IMG/VR virus record: IMGVR_UViG_3300031993_000020
DNA length: 64,000 nt
Strand: one strand, 5' to 3'
Source: an uncultured virus (IMG/VR IMGVR_UViG_3300031993_000020)
Lineage: Duplodnaviria; Heunggongvirae; Uroviricota; Caudoviricetes
Shown here one piece after another: positions 40,996 to 49,642 of this stretch; within the stretch, counting starts at the first letter, position 1; each line of letters begins with the position of its first letter. The position numbers and the translations under genes are program-made. The notes under the pieces are model-generated. The model searched no databases. It was not told where the DNA came from and worked only from the letters and a program-made list of their open reading frames with translations.

Positions 40996-41826
40996 ATGTA
41001 TACGACCGACACCAAAGAACCACTTAACTTTTTCTCAGAATTTGTAAGCTCAAACTATTTCTTCTCTCATCCTAGTCTTAGAACAATACATGAAGGAATT
41101 TTTCCTTATTGGCAGGAGCTTTTAGAACAATTCATTGCTTCTCAAATTCCTGTTGAGTTATTAACCGGAGGAGTCGGCAACGGAAAAAGTACCGCTCAGA
41201 TGTTTCAGCTGGCGTACGACTACTTCAATTTACAGCTCTTACCTGACCCGAACGAGACTTTACAGATGCCTGGAGAACTATACTTTTGTGTTGCTAGTGC
41301 ATATCCTTCATCGTTAGTATATATTAGCCAGCAGCTTGACCGTTATTTCTTTCAGTCACCTTTTGTTAAGGATTTAAAGAAAGCCGGTAAGTTCAAGGAA
41401 AATATAAGACTCATTACTACGACCTACAGTGCCCGAGAGAAATTACGAAATTTGAATATCGTTTCATTGCTTCTAGATGACTGTAGAACCAGCCATCAGC
41501 AAGAGATTAAAGACTGCTGGCAATTCTTTAAAAGTAAAGGTTCTACCGGATTTGGAACCTACAGACACTTTTTAATCAACAGCTCGCTTAGCGAAGTGCA
41601 TGCTTTTGATTTTCTAACGGATAAATTTCTCAGAACGAAAATTTTCAAGGACTTTGCACCGTCTTGGGTAGCTAGAGACCCGGATGCTATTTCTGATCCG
41701 ACATTCGATGTCCAAATTGATGATAAAATTCTTCAAGTACCTCTCTGGTACGAACAGATGTTTAGGGATGACAGGAAGAGTTTTTTAGAAACCTACTGCG
41801 GATTAAAAGAATCTAAACGAGGATAA
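40996..41826 (+). CDS. Truncated paralog of the terminase large subunit (ATPase domain only)
   Basis: FPYW, TGGVGNGKST, AYDY, QSPFVKDLKKAGKF and LQVPL align with TerL YPYW, TGCIGCGKST, MYDY, QSPFIQDLKKSGQF and LEVPM. Confidence 0.8.
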   Translation: MYTTDTKEPLNFFSEFVSSNYFFSHPSLRTIHEGIFPYWQELLEQFIASQIPVELLTGGVGNGKSTAQMFQLAYDYFNLQLLPDPNETLQMPGELYFCVASAYPSSLVYISQQLDRYFFQSPFVKDLKKAGKFKENIRLITTTYSAREKLRNLNIVSLLLDDCRTSHQQEIKDCWQFFKSKGSTGFGTYRHFLINSSLSEVHAFDFLTDKFLRTKIFKDFAPSWVARDPDAISDPTFDVQIDDKILQVPLWYEQMFRDDRKSFLETYCGLKESKRG

Positions 41827-41828
41827 CG

Positions 41829-42236
41829 ATGTCTGTAGAACAGGATATTCTGAAGCTATTAGTTGCGCATAAGAACTATCTCCGTACCTTTACGAACGAG
41901 CGAGAGATAACGGAAGATAACAAAGCGCTACGCAAATATATAAAGGACATCTGCACGGGTTCTTGTAATCTGACCTACAAAATGGAACCTGACAAGTGTC
42001 TGATAGTAACACAGGACCAGCTGGTCTGCACTCTGATAGTTGACCTATATGTCGCTCCAGAATATCGAAGACAGGGAATAGCTACTAAATTGATTAGTGA
42101 GATCGAAGGTCCGATAAAGTTAGAATGTTTTGACAAAAACCCAGCGAAGAATCTGTACTTGAAGCTAGGTTTTGAACCGCAGGATTGGAGAACAGCAAAG
42201 AATTGCCACTGGTACTTGAAAAACGTTGTAAAATGA
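41829..42236 (+). CDS. GNAT-family acetyltransferase
   Basis: LYVAPEYRRQGIATKL and NPAKNLYLKLGF motifs. Confidence 0.85.
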   Translation: MSVEQDILKLLVAHKNYLRTFTNEREITEDNKALRKYIKDICTGSCNLTYKMEPDKCLIVTQDQLVCTLIVDLYVAPEYRRQGIATKLISEIEGPIKLECFDKNPAKNLYLKLGFEPQDWRTAKNCHWYLKNVVK

Positions 42237-42278
42237 GACCGGCTGTGCCGGTGTGAGAAAATGGGATAGGTTAGATAA

Positions 42279-42365
42279 ATGTTCAATGATTTTTGGTTCA
42301 GAATTTTTTCAGTATTCACGGTCGTTTCTCTGATTGTGGTACTGATTTTAGCCCGACATGGGTAA
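42279..42365 (+). CDS. 28-aa single-TM peptide MFNDFWFRIFSVFTVVSLIVVLILARHG
   Basis: Short hydrophobic ORF filling the intergenic gap; below the ORF-track cutoff. Confidence 0.4.
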   Translation: MFNDFWFRIFSVFTVVSLIVVLILARHG

Positions 42366-42394
42366 TAAACTAAAGGATATTAAAGGAGAATCAA

Positions 42395-42598
42395 ATGAGT
42401 TACGAAAATTTTGAAGAAAAATATAATAAAGATGGAATCACAGATGATCATAGATATTTAAAATGTGGGAAGCTTGTTGGATATTTCAAAAAGAATGGTA
42501 AACAGTATTTTCAAAATATTTATGGTGAAATCTGTGATGTTTCTATGATGAACCTGTATGGACATGATGCTGTAGAAATGGAAGTCTATGGATATTAA
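42395..42598 (+). CDS. Hypothetical protein
   Basis: AGGAG RBS, 67 aa. Confidence 0.6.
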   Translation: MSYENFEEKYNKDGITDDHRYLKCGKLVGYFKKNGKQYFQNIYGEICDVSMMNLYGHDAVEMEVYGY

Positions 42599-42615
42599 AG
42601 AAGGAGGGAAAAACC

Positions 42616-43398
42616 ATGGTAACTGTAAAGAAAAGCGACTTAGACGTAAAGGTAACTGTGAGTGGATGTGTAAAAGCCGCACAAATTGATGTCCCGAATA
42701 TGAATGAGCTCTGGTACAAGAAGATTGAGCGGATAGCTGGTCTTGCCTATTTAGAGGCGAAAGCGGTGATTGAGAAGAACAATCAGTCGAAAGAGTCTTA
42801 CGAGGAAGCTGCGAAAGTTATTCGAGTAGCTATTGAAGCAGTCAACCAGCAAGTTCAGAAGGCGGAGACAGTTCACAAAGCTCGTCGAGATAATCATCGT
42901 TCAACCAAAGATGTCCGGATGGCGATTGTTACCGGGGAGCAGGTAATGAGTCTCTTGGAATCTTATATGGGGCAATTGATTGCTTTAATTGAATCCAGAG
43001 ATATTTCTGAAGAGCCGGGTATGAACAGGAAGCAGGTTATTGAGTCTGCAATTAATTCCTGGATTAATCGAATCAATTCGGCAGTAGACGAAAAATATAT
43101 AGCGGAAGAGTCGAAAGACTGGGATGCTGTATACGAAGGTTCTTCTGCGGCATTACAGTTGGTTTCTCTGGACGGCTATATTTTCCGTTATCTGAAAACT
43201 GTTGAAGCGTTAAAGCTCATGCTTTCGACAGCCAAGACAAGTAATCGGATTGTGGAGTTAGCTGCTGATCTGAATAGATTAATGGAGCGTTGCCAACTTG
43301 CTTATGTTGATGTAATATCAGCACGTAAGGCTCTCATCAAGCTAAATAAAGCTGAAGATGACGAACCTGCTGGAGAACAGAACAAAGAAGGGCAGTAA
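42616..43398 (+). CDS. Hypothetical helical protein
   Basis: AGGAGG RBS, 260 aa. Confidence 0.65.
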   Translation: MVTVKKSDLDVKVTVSGCVKAAQIDVPNMNELWYKKIERIAGLAYLEAKAVIEKNNQSKESYEEAAKVIRVAIEAVNQQVQKAETVHKARRDNHRSTKDVRMAIVTGEQVMSLLESYMGQLIALIESRDISEEPGMNRKQVIESAINSWINRINSAVDEKYIAEESKDWDAVYEGSSAALQLVSLDGYIFRYLKTVEALKLMLSTAKTSNRIVELAADLNRLMERCQLAYVDVISARKALIKLNKAEDDEPAGEQNKEGQ

Positions 43399-43425
43399 AA
43401 AGCCAAACCAAACGCGAGGTGTATT

Positions 43426-44025
43426 ATGCGAGACTTATCTAATTACGCGAGATTTCTTTGTATAGCTAAACTATCCGCCAAAAGAGTTTTCGCGATAGCA
43501 GAAGAGAAGAAACCAAAGTCCATTATGGATTGGGATATTTTTCTGATGCATATTCACGAGGATGTACCGGAAATTGTCATTTCGGGTACTAGACATCTTT
43601 TGATAGAAATATCAGAGCCTAATTTAAACTTACGTACGATCTCCACATACATAAGTTTGAATTTGTTGGAAGAGAAGGGCCTTAGTTATCTCCAGCAAGT
43701 ATTAGATAAGTTAGTGTCCGATGTAGAGTATATGATAGACCTTGCGAAGATTGCTAACAATGCGGAGATATTACAGAAGGTCGTTACCGACGCTGGTCTT
43801 GATGCTTACATACAGATTGTAGAGGTTGATAGCTTTTGGCAGATACAAATCAATGGACGAGCCTGGAGGGAATCAGCTTTCATTACACCGGATTTAGAGC
43901 AATCGAAAAAGACGTTGCAGGAGTTCATTGATAGCCTGCATCTAACCCATCCTACAAAACCGACAATTGAAGGGTTTGAACGAGTTCTAAGAGAGTTTGG
44001 TGTCGAGACCGGAGAAAGCTCATGA
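43426..44025 (+). CDS. Hypothetical protein (likely paralog of 48588..49175)
   Basis: GAGG RBS; similar length and W-D/LEQSKK pattern. Confidence 0.55.
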   Translation: MRDLSNYARFLCIAKLSAKRVFAIAEEKKPKSIMDWDIFLMHIHEDVPEIVISGTRHLLIEISEPNLNLRTISTYISLNLLEEKGLSYLQQVLDKLVSDVEYMIDLAKIANNAEILQKVVTDAGLDAYIQIVEVDSFWQIQINGRAWRESAFITPDLEQSKKTLQEFIDSLHLTHPTKPTIEGFERVLREFGVETGESS

Positions 44026-44390
44026 ACAGCGTAGAAAGCAGAAAGCAATTGGAAGCATTTCGTCTTAGGTTTGAAATACAGAGACGTAGAATATCTACTC
44101 TATGGCAGGAGGCAGGTTCTCCGAGAAGTTGGAAAGAGCAGAAGAAGTTCTTGGAACAACTCTGTGAGAGCCTGCCCGAACTGTCACTCAGGAAGAATGC
44201 CCTTAGTTCTGATTGGCTGCTTCGTGTAGAATTTTCGACTGGAGATGTTGCAACTTTCACGATTCATTCCAAAAAGAAGAACTTCCGTTACGTCTATAGC
44301 GACTATTCATTCGTAGACTTTTTAGAGTTTTTGCGTAGCTATCTTGATTGGGAGGTTCTCGAACGAATTGAAGAGAGGGAACCGTCATGA
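44022..44390 (+). CDS. Hypothetical protein, tandem paralog 1
   Basis: LEAFRLRFEIQRRRISTLWQEAGSPRSW. Confidence 0.65.
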   Translation: MNSVESRKQLEAFRLRFEIQRRRISTLWQEAGSPRSWKEQKKFLEQLCESLPELSLRKNALSSDWLLRVEFSTGDVATFTIHSKKKNFRYVYSDYSFVDFLEFLRSYLDWEVLERIEEREPS

Positions 44391-44758
44391 TCGATATTGA
44401 AACTGCCAAGAATTTAGAATCGTTCTATCTCCGGTTCGATCTTCACAGACGCCGAATAATTGCCCTCTGGAAAGAAGCAGGTTCTCCTAATGATTGGGTA
44501 TCACAGAAGAAGCTACTAAAACTTTTTAGCGAATCAGTACCGGAAGTCTCTTTTGAACAGAGTAAAAAGTACAGAGACTGGCTATTTTCTGTCAAAAGTC
44601 CGATAGAAACTATTTACTCGGTCACTCACACGAGAAAATATCTGAAATATTATGGCTATTCGTTTGACGAATATCTTGAACTTATATGGATACGTTTACA
44701 ACGAGACATTCGAGTATGTAATTTAACAAGGCTCTGTTTCAAAGCAGTATTGATATAA
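44387..44758 (+). CDS. Hypothetical protein, tandem paralog 2; C-terminus altered by the TnpB element
   Basis: LESFYLRFDLHRRRIIALWKEAGSPNDW; last codons lie in the left TIR. Confidence 0.65.
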   Translation: MIDIETAKNLESFYLRFDLHRRRIIALWKEAGSPNDWVSQKKLLKLFSESVPEVSFEQSKKYRDWLFSVKSPIETIYSVTHTRKYLKYYGYSFDEYLELIWIRLQRDIRVCNLTRLCFKAVLI

Positions 44759-46224
44759 TTCTTGGCACTCAGAACTAAGCCCTTATAATTATACAAGAAA
44801 GGAGGTTCTCAATGAATCTTACTGAAGAACATTTCATCAAACATTCAAAGAGAACCTCCTCTTTCTATGAATTGGTTGATGGTGCTTGTTGTAAAAGCAA
44901 GAATGTGTATAACTCCACTAATTATCTCATTAGACAGGTATTACATATTCAAACAAAATTGTATGAAGGAGAATTTTTAGATAAGTACCAATCAAAGCTA
45001 ATTTTCGAGACAAACAAGCTTGTTGATTCTTACAATCATTCTCTTAATCATACTTTAAAGTACATTAACTCAGAATCCGGTTTTACGATTATCAATTACA
45101 ACTTCTTAGCTTGGTTGCAAAAGAGTACTCCTGAATTTAAAGATTTGGGTTCTCCTAAATCTCAACAATGCATCAAAAACCTGTGTGCTAATTGGAAAGC
45201 TTATTTTAAAGCTCTAAAAGCTTATAAGGAGCATCCAGAACTCTTTACAGGTTATCCTCAAAAACCTAGTTATTATGAGAAAAATGAGAGACATTGGATT
45301 GTACTTACCAAACAGTTCTTCAAACAAGAAGGTTCCGTTATTACAATCTCTCAATTTCCAGATTTAGTGATTTACTCGAACAGAGATGTCTCTTCTATTG
45401 CTCTAAAAACCGTAGACAATGGCATCAGAATAAGACTCTCATATAAGCAAGAAGCTAAAAGTCCAAAACCGGACAATCAAAGAGTATATTCAATAGACCT
45501 AGGAGTTAATAACTTAGCAACCATAACAAGCAATACGGAACAAAATCCTTTTATTATCAACGGAAGGATAGTCAAGTCAATCAACCAATACTATAACAAA
45601 CGCTTATCAGAACTTAAATCTCTTGCTAAAATCACGAACAAACGTGACACAACAAAGCGTATTCGTAGATTAAGTACCAAGAGAGACAATCTGATAAAGA
45701 ACTATATGCATCAAGCAAGTAGATATCTTATCAATCAAGCTCTAAAGAACGAGATCAATACCATCATTATTGGAAACAATACAGGTTGGAAGCAAGAATG
45801 TAATATGGGTTCTGTCAATAATCAGAACTTCGTTCAAATCCCATTCAATAAGTTCAAAAGCATGATCTCGTATAAAGCTGAATTGGAAGGTATCAAGGTG
45901 ATCGTTACAGAAGAATCTTACACCTCTGGAACCTCTTATCTTGATAATGAAGCTCCCATTAAGGAGAAATATAACAAGAAGAGAAGAGTTCATAGAGGAT
46001 TGTTTAAGAGCGCTTCTGGAGAACTTATTAATGCTGATGTAAATGGTTCTTACCAGATTATGAAGAAAGTTCTTGATAGTGTGCCTATTAAGCACAAAGA
46101 ACAAATCTTAGTAATTAATCCACTTAAGAACCTTCCGTATAAGGAAGTAGAGATTATTGGCTCTAGTCACGATCGTAACAGATCTAAGGTTTTAAATACA
46201 TCAATCGTTATTTAAAACAGAGCC
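44730..46224 (+). mobile_element. Non-autonomous TnpB-carrying element with about 31-bp imperfect TIRs and an 8-bp TSD
   Basis: TIRs GGCTCTGTTTCAAA.../...TTTAAAACAGAGCC (24/31 match); TTTAACAA duplicated at 44722-44729 and 46225-46232; no transposase inside. Confidence 0.85.
44812..46215 (+). CDS. tnpB: TnpB-family RNA-guided nuclease (RuvC with rearranged Glu, no Zn finger)
   Basis: SIDLGVNNLA (RuvC-I), IIIGNN lacking the canonical Glu, VTEESYTS, NADVNGS (RuvC-III); internal TTGGCA-N16-TATAAT promoter. Confidence 0.9.
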   Translation: MNLTEEHFIKHSKRTSSFYELVDGACCKSKNVYNSTNYLIRQVLHIQTKLYEGEFLDKYQSKLIFETNKLVDSYNHSLNHTLKYINSESGFTIINYNFLAWLQKSTPEFKDLGSPKSQQCIKNLCANWKAYFKALKAYKEHPELFTGYPQKPSYYEKNERHWIVLTKQFFKQEGSVITISQFPDLVIYSNRDVSSIALKTVDNGIRIRLSYKQEAKSPKPDNQRVYSIDLGVNNLATITSNTEQNPFIINGRIVKSINQYYNKRLSELKSLAKITNKRDTTKRIRRLSTKRDNLIKNYMHQASRYLINQALKNEINTIIIGNNTGWKQECNMGSVNNQNFVQIPFNKFKSMISYKAELEGIKVIVTEESYTSGTSYLDNEAPIKEKYNKKRRVHRGLFKSASGELINADVNGSYQIMKKVLDSVPIKHKEQILVINPLKNLPYKEVEIIGSSHDRNRSKVLNTSIVI

Positions 46225-46250
46225 TTTAACAAGCATCGAGAGGAGTAATA

Positions 46251-46595
46251 ATGAATATCTTGATCATTAAGCCTAAATGGGCAGAGCTGATTCTCTCCGG
46301 TCAAAAAACTTGGGAGATAAGAGGCAGCAATACAAACAAAAGAGGAATCATCGGTATAGCCGAAAGCGGAACAGGTAAAGTATTTGGCGAAGTAGAGTTA
46401 GTTGACAGCTATCCACTAGACGTTAAAAATTTTCTTATTGGACAAAAATGGCACAAATTAGACATCACTTGGGCAGAACTTTGGACGACATATAAAACGC
46501 CTTATGCTTGGGAACTCCGCAATGCCAAACGATATGATGAACCTAGACCATACAAACATCCGAAGGGCGCGGTAATTTGGGTAAAGGAAGAGTAA
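46251..46595 (+). CDS. ASCH-domain protein
   Basis: IKPKWAELILSGQKTWEIRG...YAW...G..IWV. Confidence 0.85.
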   Translation: MNILIIKPKWAELILSGQKTWEIRGSNTNKRGIIGIAESGTGKVFGEVELVDSYPLDVKNFLIGQKWHKLDITWAELWTTYKTPYAWELRNAKRYDEPRPYKHPKGAVIWVKEE

Positions 46596-46596
46596 G

Positions 46597-46812
46597 ATGA
46601 GTGATCCATACGAACCAATGTTCTTTGTGATTGGAATGATCGTTGGCGTGATTCTTAGCGGATTTAGCACGTATATGTTCTGTCACTCATCAATTGAATC
46701 TCAATATCAATACTGCAATAAACAGTGTGTCACTTACGTCACCGAAAAAGATGAATTACTAAAGTGTGTTAACAGATGCGTGAAGGCACGAAACGTTATT
46801 GAACAGGAGTGA
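46597..46812 (+). CDS. Small membrane protein with a Cys-rich tail
   Basis: One TM helix, CxxxC motifs. Confidence 0.55.
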   Translation: MSDPYEPMFFVIGMIVGVILSGFSTYMFCHSSIESQYQYCNKQCVTYVTEKDELLKCVNRCVKARNVIEQE

Positions 46813-46847
46813 TGCTGTGATTAAAACTTAAAAGAGTAGGAACAACA

Positions 46848-47300
46848 ATGATCAAAGTAGCCCACACTGAACTGCTTCCTATCGAATTTGTCTTCAGCGA
46901 TAACGAAGCAGACTTCGAGACATACAATTTTTGCGATAAAGATGGTACTATCTTTGCTTTACCGAAGTTAGACAAGCACACTGGATGTGCTTTTTTCGCT
47001 TTTCGTGGACGAGCGTCTTGTGTATGTATCTGTCTCAACAAAAGCGACATGGAGAATGCTAGTGTTTGGGTACATGAGTCTTTTCATGTAGCACAGATGG
47101 CTCTGGAATATCTGAACATTCCATTTGTTCCCTTTGGCTCAAATGAGATCTATGCTCACACCATACAGTATATCTTTCGTTGTGTAGAACAGTTTGTGAT
47201 GCTGGCCAAAGCGCCAGCTGATCGCGTTGAGTCATTAAAAAATGAACATCCTGATTGGCTTCTGTTGGAGGATTTAGATGCAGATCAAGTTAGTCAATAA
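46848..47300 (+). CDS. HExxH-motif (zincin-like) protein
   Basis: VHESFH...NEIYAH. Confidence 0.6.
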   Translation: MIKVAHTELLPIEFVFSDNEADFETYNFCDKDGTIFALPKLDKHTGCAFFAFRGRASCVCICLNKSDMENASVWVHESFHVAQMALEYLNIPFVPFGSNEIYAHTIQYIFRCVEQFVMLAKAPADRVESLKNEHPDWLLLEDLDADQVSQ

Positions 47301-47622
47301 AGAGTGGGATTTCTATCCAAAGGAAGAAATTGTTGTCTCTTGGCAGGGACTATTGGACTACATGGAAAAATTCTTCGGAAGAAGATTTGAGAATCTCTCA
47401 GTTGAAGAATGTGACAGAGAACTTTGGAAAATCTGGAACGGTCCAATGGATGAAGGCGAATTCCTGGGATATTCAACCGATAACATCTTCAAGTTAGAGG
47501 GCGCACCGGAGGAGTTTCCTAAAGTCATTTGTACGAGAGAACCTTCAACGGAAGAAATCCTTGAAAAATTAGACCGGATCGAGAAAATGGTGACTGAACT
47601 ATATGAGAGGAGCAAACAATGA
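47278..47622 (+). CDS. Hypothetical protein
   Basis: GGAGG RBS, coupled ORF. Confidence 0.55.
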   Translation: MQIKLVNKEWDFYPKEEIVVSWQGLLDYMEKFFGRRFENLSVEECDRELWKIWNGPMDEGEFLGYSTDNIFKLEGAPEEFPKVICTREPSTEEILEKLDRIEKMVTELYERSKQ

Positions 47623-47915
47623 GAACCATGTCTTCTATGGACGCAGTTTTGAGTCAGTATACAAAAGAGATCGACGCCAAGATAATTGAAACTCTGTTGA
47701 ATCACAACAATGTTTCTTGGTATCGCGAACAATTAAAAGAAGCAGAAAAAGCTTTGGCCGAGGCCAGATACAAACTTGAACATGAGCCGAATATTGATTT
47801 AGGCGGTCCGTCAGGTGGTTGTACGCATAATGGATATCGGTACGAAATCAAGCAAGCTCAGATAGAGATAGATCGCTGCAAGGAAAACATCGCCAGATTG
47901 GAGAGTAGGTCATGA
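47619..47915 (+). CDS. Hypothetical coiled-coil protein
   Basis: GAGGAG RBS, ATGA overlap. Confidence 0.55.
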   Translation: MRTMSSMDAVLSQYTKEIDAKIIETLLNHNNVSWYREQLKEAEKALAEARYKLEHEPNIDLGGPSGGCTHNGYRYEIKQAQIEIDRCKENIARLESRS

Positions 47916-48583
47916 AATTCGAGAACACACAAGTATTTGGCATAGAAAACGCTATGATTGGAATGAGATTACCGATGAATCGTTCATTCCAGGAAGCCAA
48001 AGAGAAATCAGATACTGTAGGTGAAGAGCTGGGGACAGACGACCTGGTAGTCTGCGAAAAGCTGATTAATGCTGATAAGCTTTATAATTCTCAGCCGAAC
48101 TCGAAATTTCTTAGAATGATTCATGTACAGGTTTGCGTAACGGCTCCATCATTTTTCTGGCAGGAACTCGATACTTATAAAGTGGGTGTTACTAGGAATA
48201 GTTCTTCTTTAATGCACAAAGGAACATCTAGGGACTTCACGCTGGATGATTTCGAAATATTAAACCGAGACGAGATAAGAAAAGAGATCGATGCCGGGGA
48301 AATTAAATCTGTAGCCGCTCAGTATTGGAAGACGACAATAGATACACTTAATTGGTATCGTGCTGAATATCTTAAGAACAGAGACCCTGATATTTTTGAA
48401 GCTTTCAGAGAAGCAATACCGATGAGCTATCTCTATACTTCGATGTTAGATTTAAATTACGCTGTTCTGAGGTCGATGATACAGCAACGAAAATATCACA
48501 GATTAAGATGGTGGCGAGAGGATTTTATTAATTGGTGCAAGACATTGCCTAACGCAAAGTTCTGGCTCTTTAACGAGGACTAG
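47912..48583 (+). CDS. ThyX-like (flavin-dependent thymidylate synthase-like) protein
   Basis: KFLRMIHVQ, WQELDTYKVG, RNSSSLMHK, NYAVL..M..QRKYHRL..W pattern typical of phage ThyX-like proteins. Confidence 0.7.
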   Translation: MKFENTQVFGIENAMIGMRLPMNRSFQEAKEKSDTVGEELGTDDLVVCEKLINADKLYNSQPNSKFLRMIHVQVCVTAPSFFWQELDTYKVGVTRNSSSLMHKGTSRDFTLDDFEILNRDEIRKEIDAGEIKSVAAQYWKTTIDTLNWYRAEYLKNRDPDIFEAFREAIPMSYLYTSMLDLNYAVLRSMIQQRKYHRLRWWREDFINWCKTLPNAKFWLFNED

Positions 48584-48587
48584 CGAG

Positions 48588-49175
48588 ATGACTGAACTAA
48601 CCAAACGAGAAGCATGTGTATTATTACAAAAGGTACAACTGGAAACTAAATTAGCCAAAGCGATGATTGCAGGAAAAGAATTGCAAACTGTCGAAGGATG
48701 GGATACGCTTTTCCATCTGATAGCAGAGCGCTGCAATGATCTGCTCTTTGAATTTAGACCTGTAAATATACAAGACAGTATCGCCGGTTGTGTTATTTGG
48801 ATATATAAGGACGGAGAGAAATGTGGAGTTTTTCGTACGGTCCTCTACCAGCTTTTGACTCTCACGCCAAATGCAGCCAGCTACGTCTTTGATGAAATTG
48901 TTGCAGAAGCTGAGAGACTTGTACGAAGAGCTGAAAGCTATGAGACAGCAATTAAGTTAAGAGAGTATCTGGATAGTATACAATCGACGGATAAGTTTAT
49001 TGTTGAACTCTCACGTGATGGTTCCTGCTGGGGTATTTATCCAAAAAATACATCTTATTACATCGCTACTAATTCGGGTATAGCACGTGCATATCCGATA
49101 GGAAGTAGTTTAGAAGAAGCGAAAAAGTACGTGAATGACAATATACAGAAGATACAGAACGGAGAACAAATGTGA
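48588..49175 (+). CDS. Hypothetical protein
   Basis: 195-aa ORF in the operon. Confidence 0.55.
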   Translation: MTELTKREACVLLQKVQLETKLAKAMIAGKELQTVEGWDTLFHLIAERCNDLLFEFRPVNIQDSIAGCVIWIYKDGEKCGVFRTVLYQLLTLTPNAASYVFDEIVAEAERLVRRAESYETAIKLREYLDSIQSTDKFIVELSRDGSCWGIYPKNTSYYIATNSGIARAYPIGSSLEEAKKYVNDNIQKIQNGEQM

Positions 49176-49642
49176 GAGATTTGCACGAGTTTTACATAAA
49201 TGTAGCGGAATTAACAGCAGGGCGTTCAACGTGTGCAAGAAAGAAAGTTGGAGCTATTTTGGTGAAGGATGACCGGATCATTTCAACTGGATACAATGGT
49301 GTTTTGTCCGGAGCACCACATTGTGAAGATATGTTCTTCGGGAAGATTAACTGGGACTGTGCAAGTCTAGATTCTAAAATTTCTCAGGAACATCACAAGT
49401 TCTCTTCAATTGAAGAGGTACATGCGGAGCAGAATGTTATTGCTTTCGCCGCGAGACATGGAGTAGTAACAGAAGGGTGCACATTATATATTACGTTGGC
49501 TCCGTGTCCTGATTGTTCCAAGCTAATAGCTGCTGCTGGTATCACAACAGTTGTGTATCATCACGAATACGACCGAAACAGTTCAGGCGTGGAATTTCTG
49601 CAGAGACATGGAATTACCGTCGTTAAATGGACAAACGCATGA
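49172..49642 (+). CDS. dCMP deaminase
   Basis: RSTC..KKVGA, TGYNG, HAEQN, PCPDC. Confidence 0.92.
   Translation: MRDLHEFYINVAELTAGRSTCARKKVGAILVKDDRIISTGYNGVLSGAPHCEDMFFGKINWDCASLDSKISQEHHKFSSIEEVHAEQNVIAFAARHGVVTEGCTLYITLAPCPDCSKLIAAAGITTVVYHHEYDRNSSGVEFLQRHGITVVKWTNA

Noticed and set aside
43426..43510. IAKLSAKRVFA as a head-targeting leader in an early gene
   Set aside because: Weak match; the protein looks like a member of the accessory paralog family
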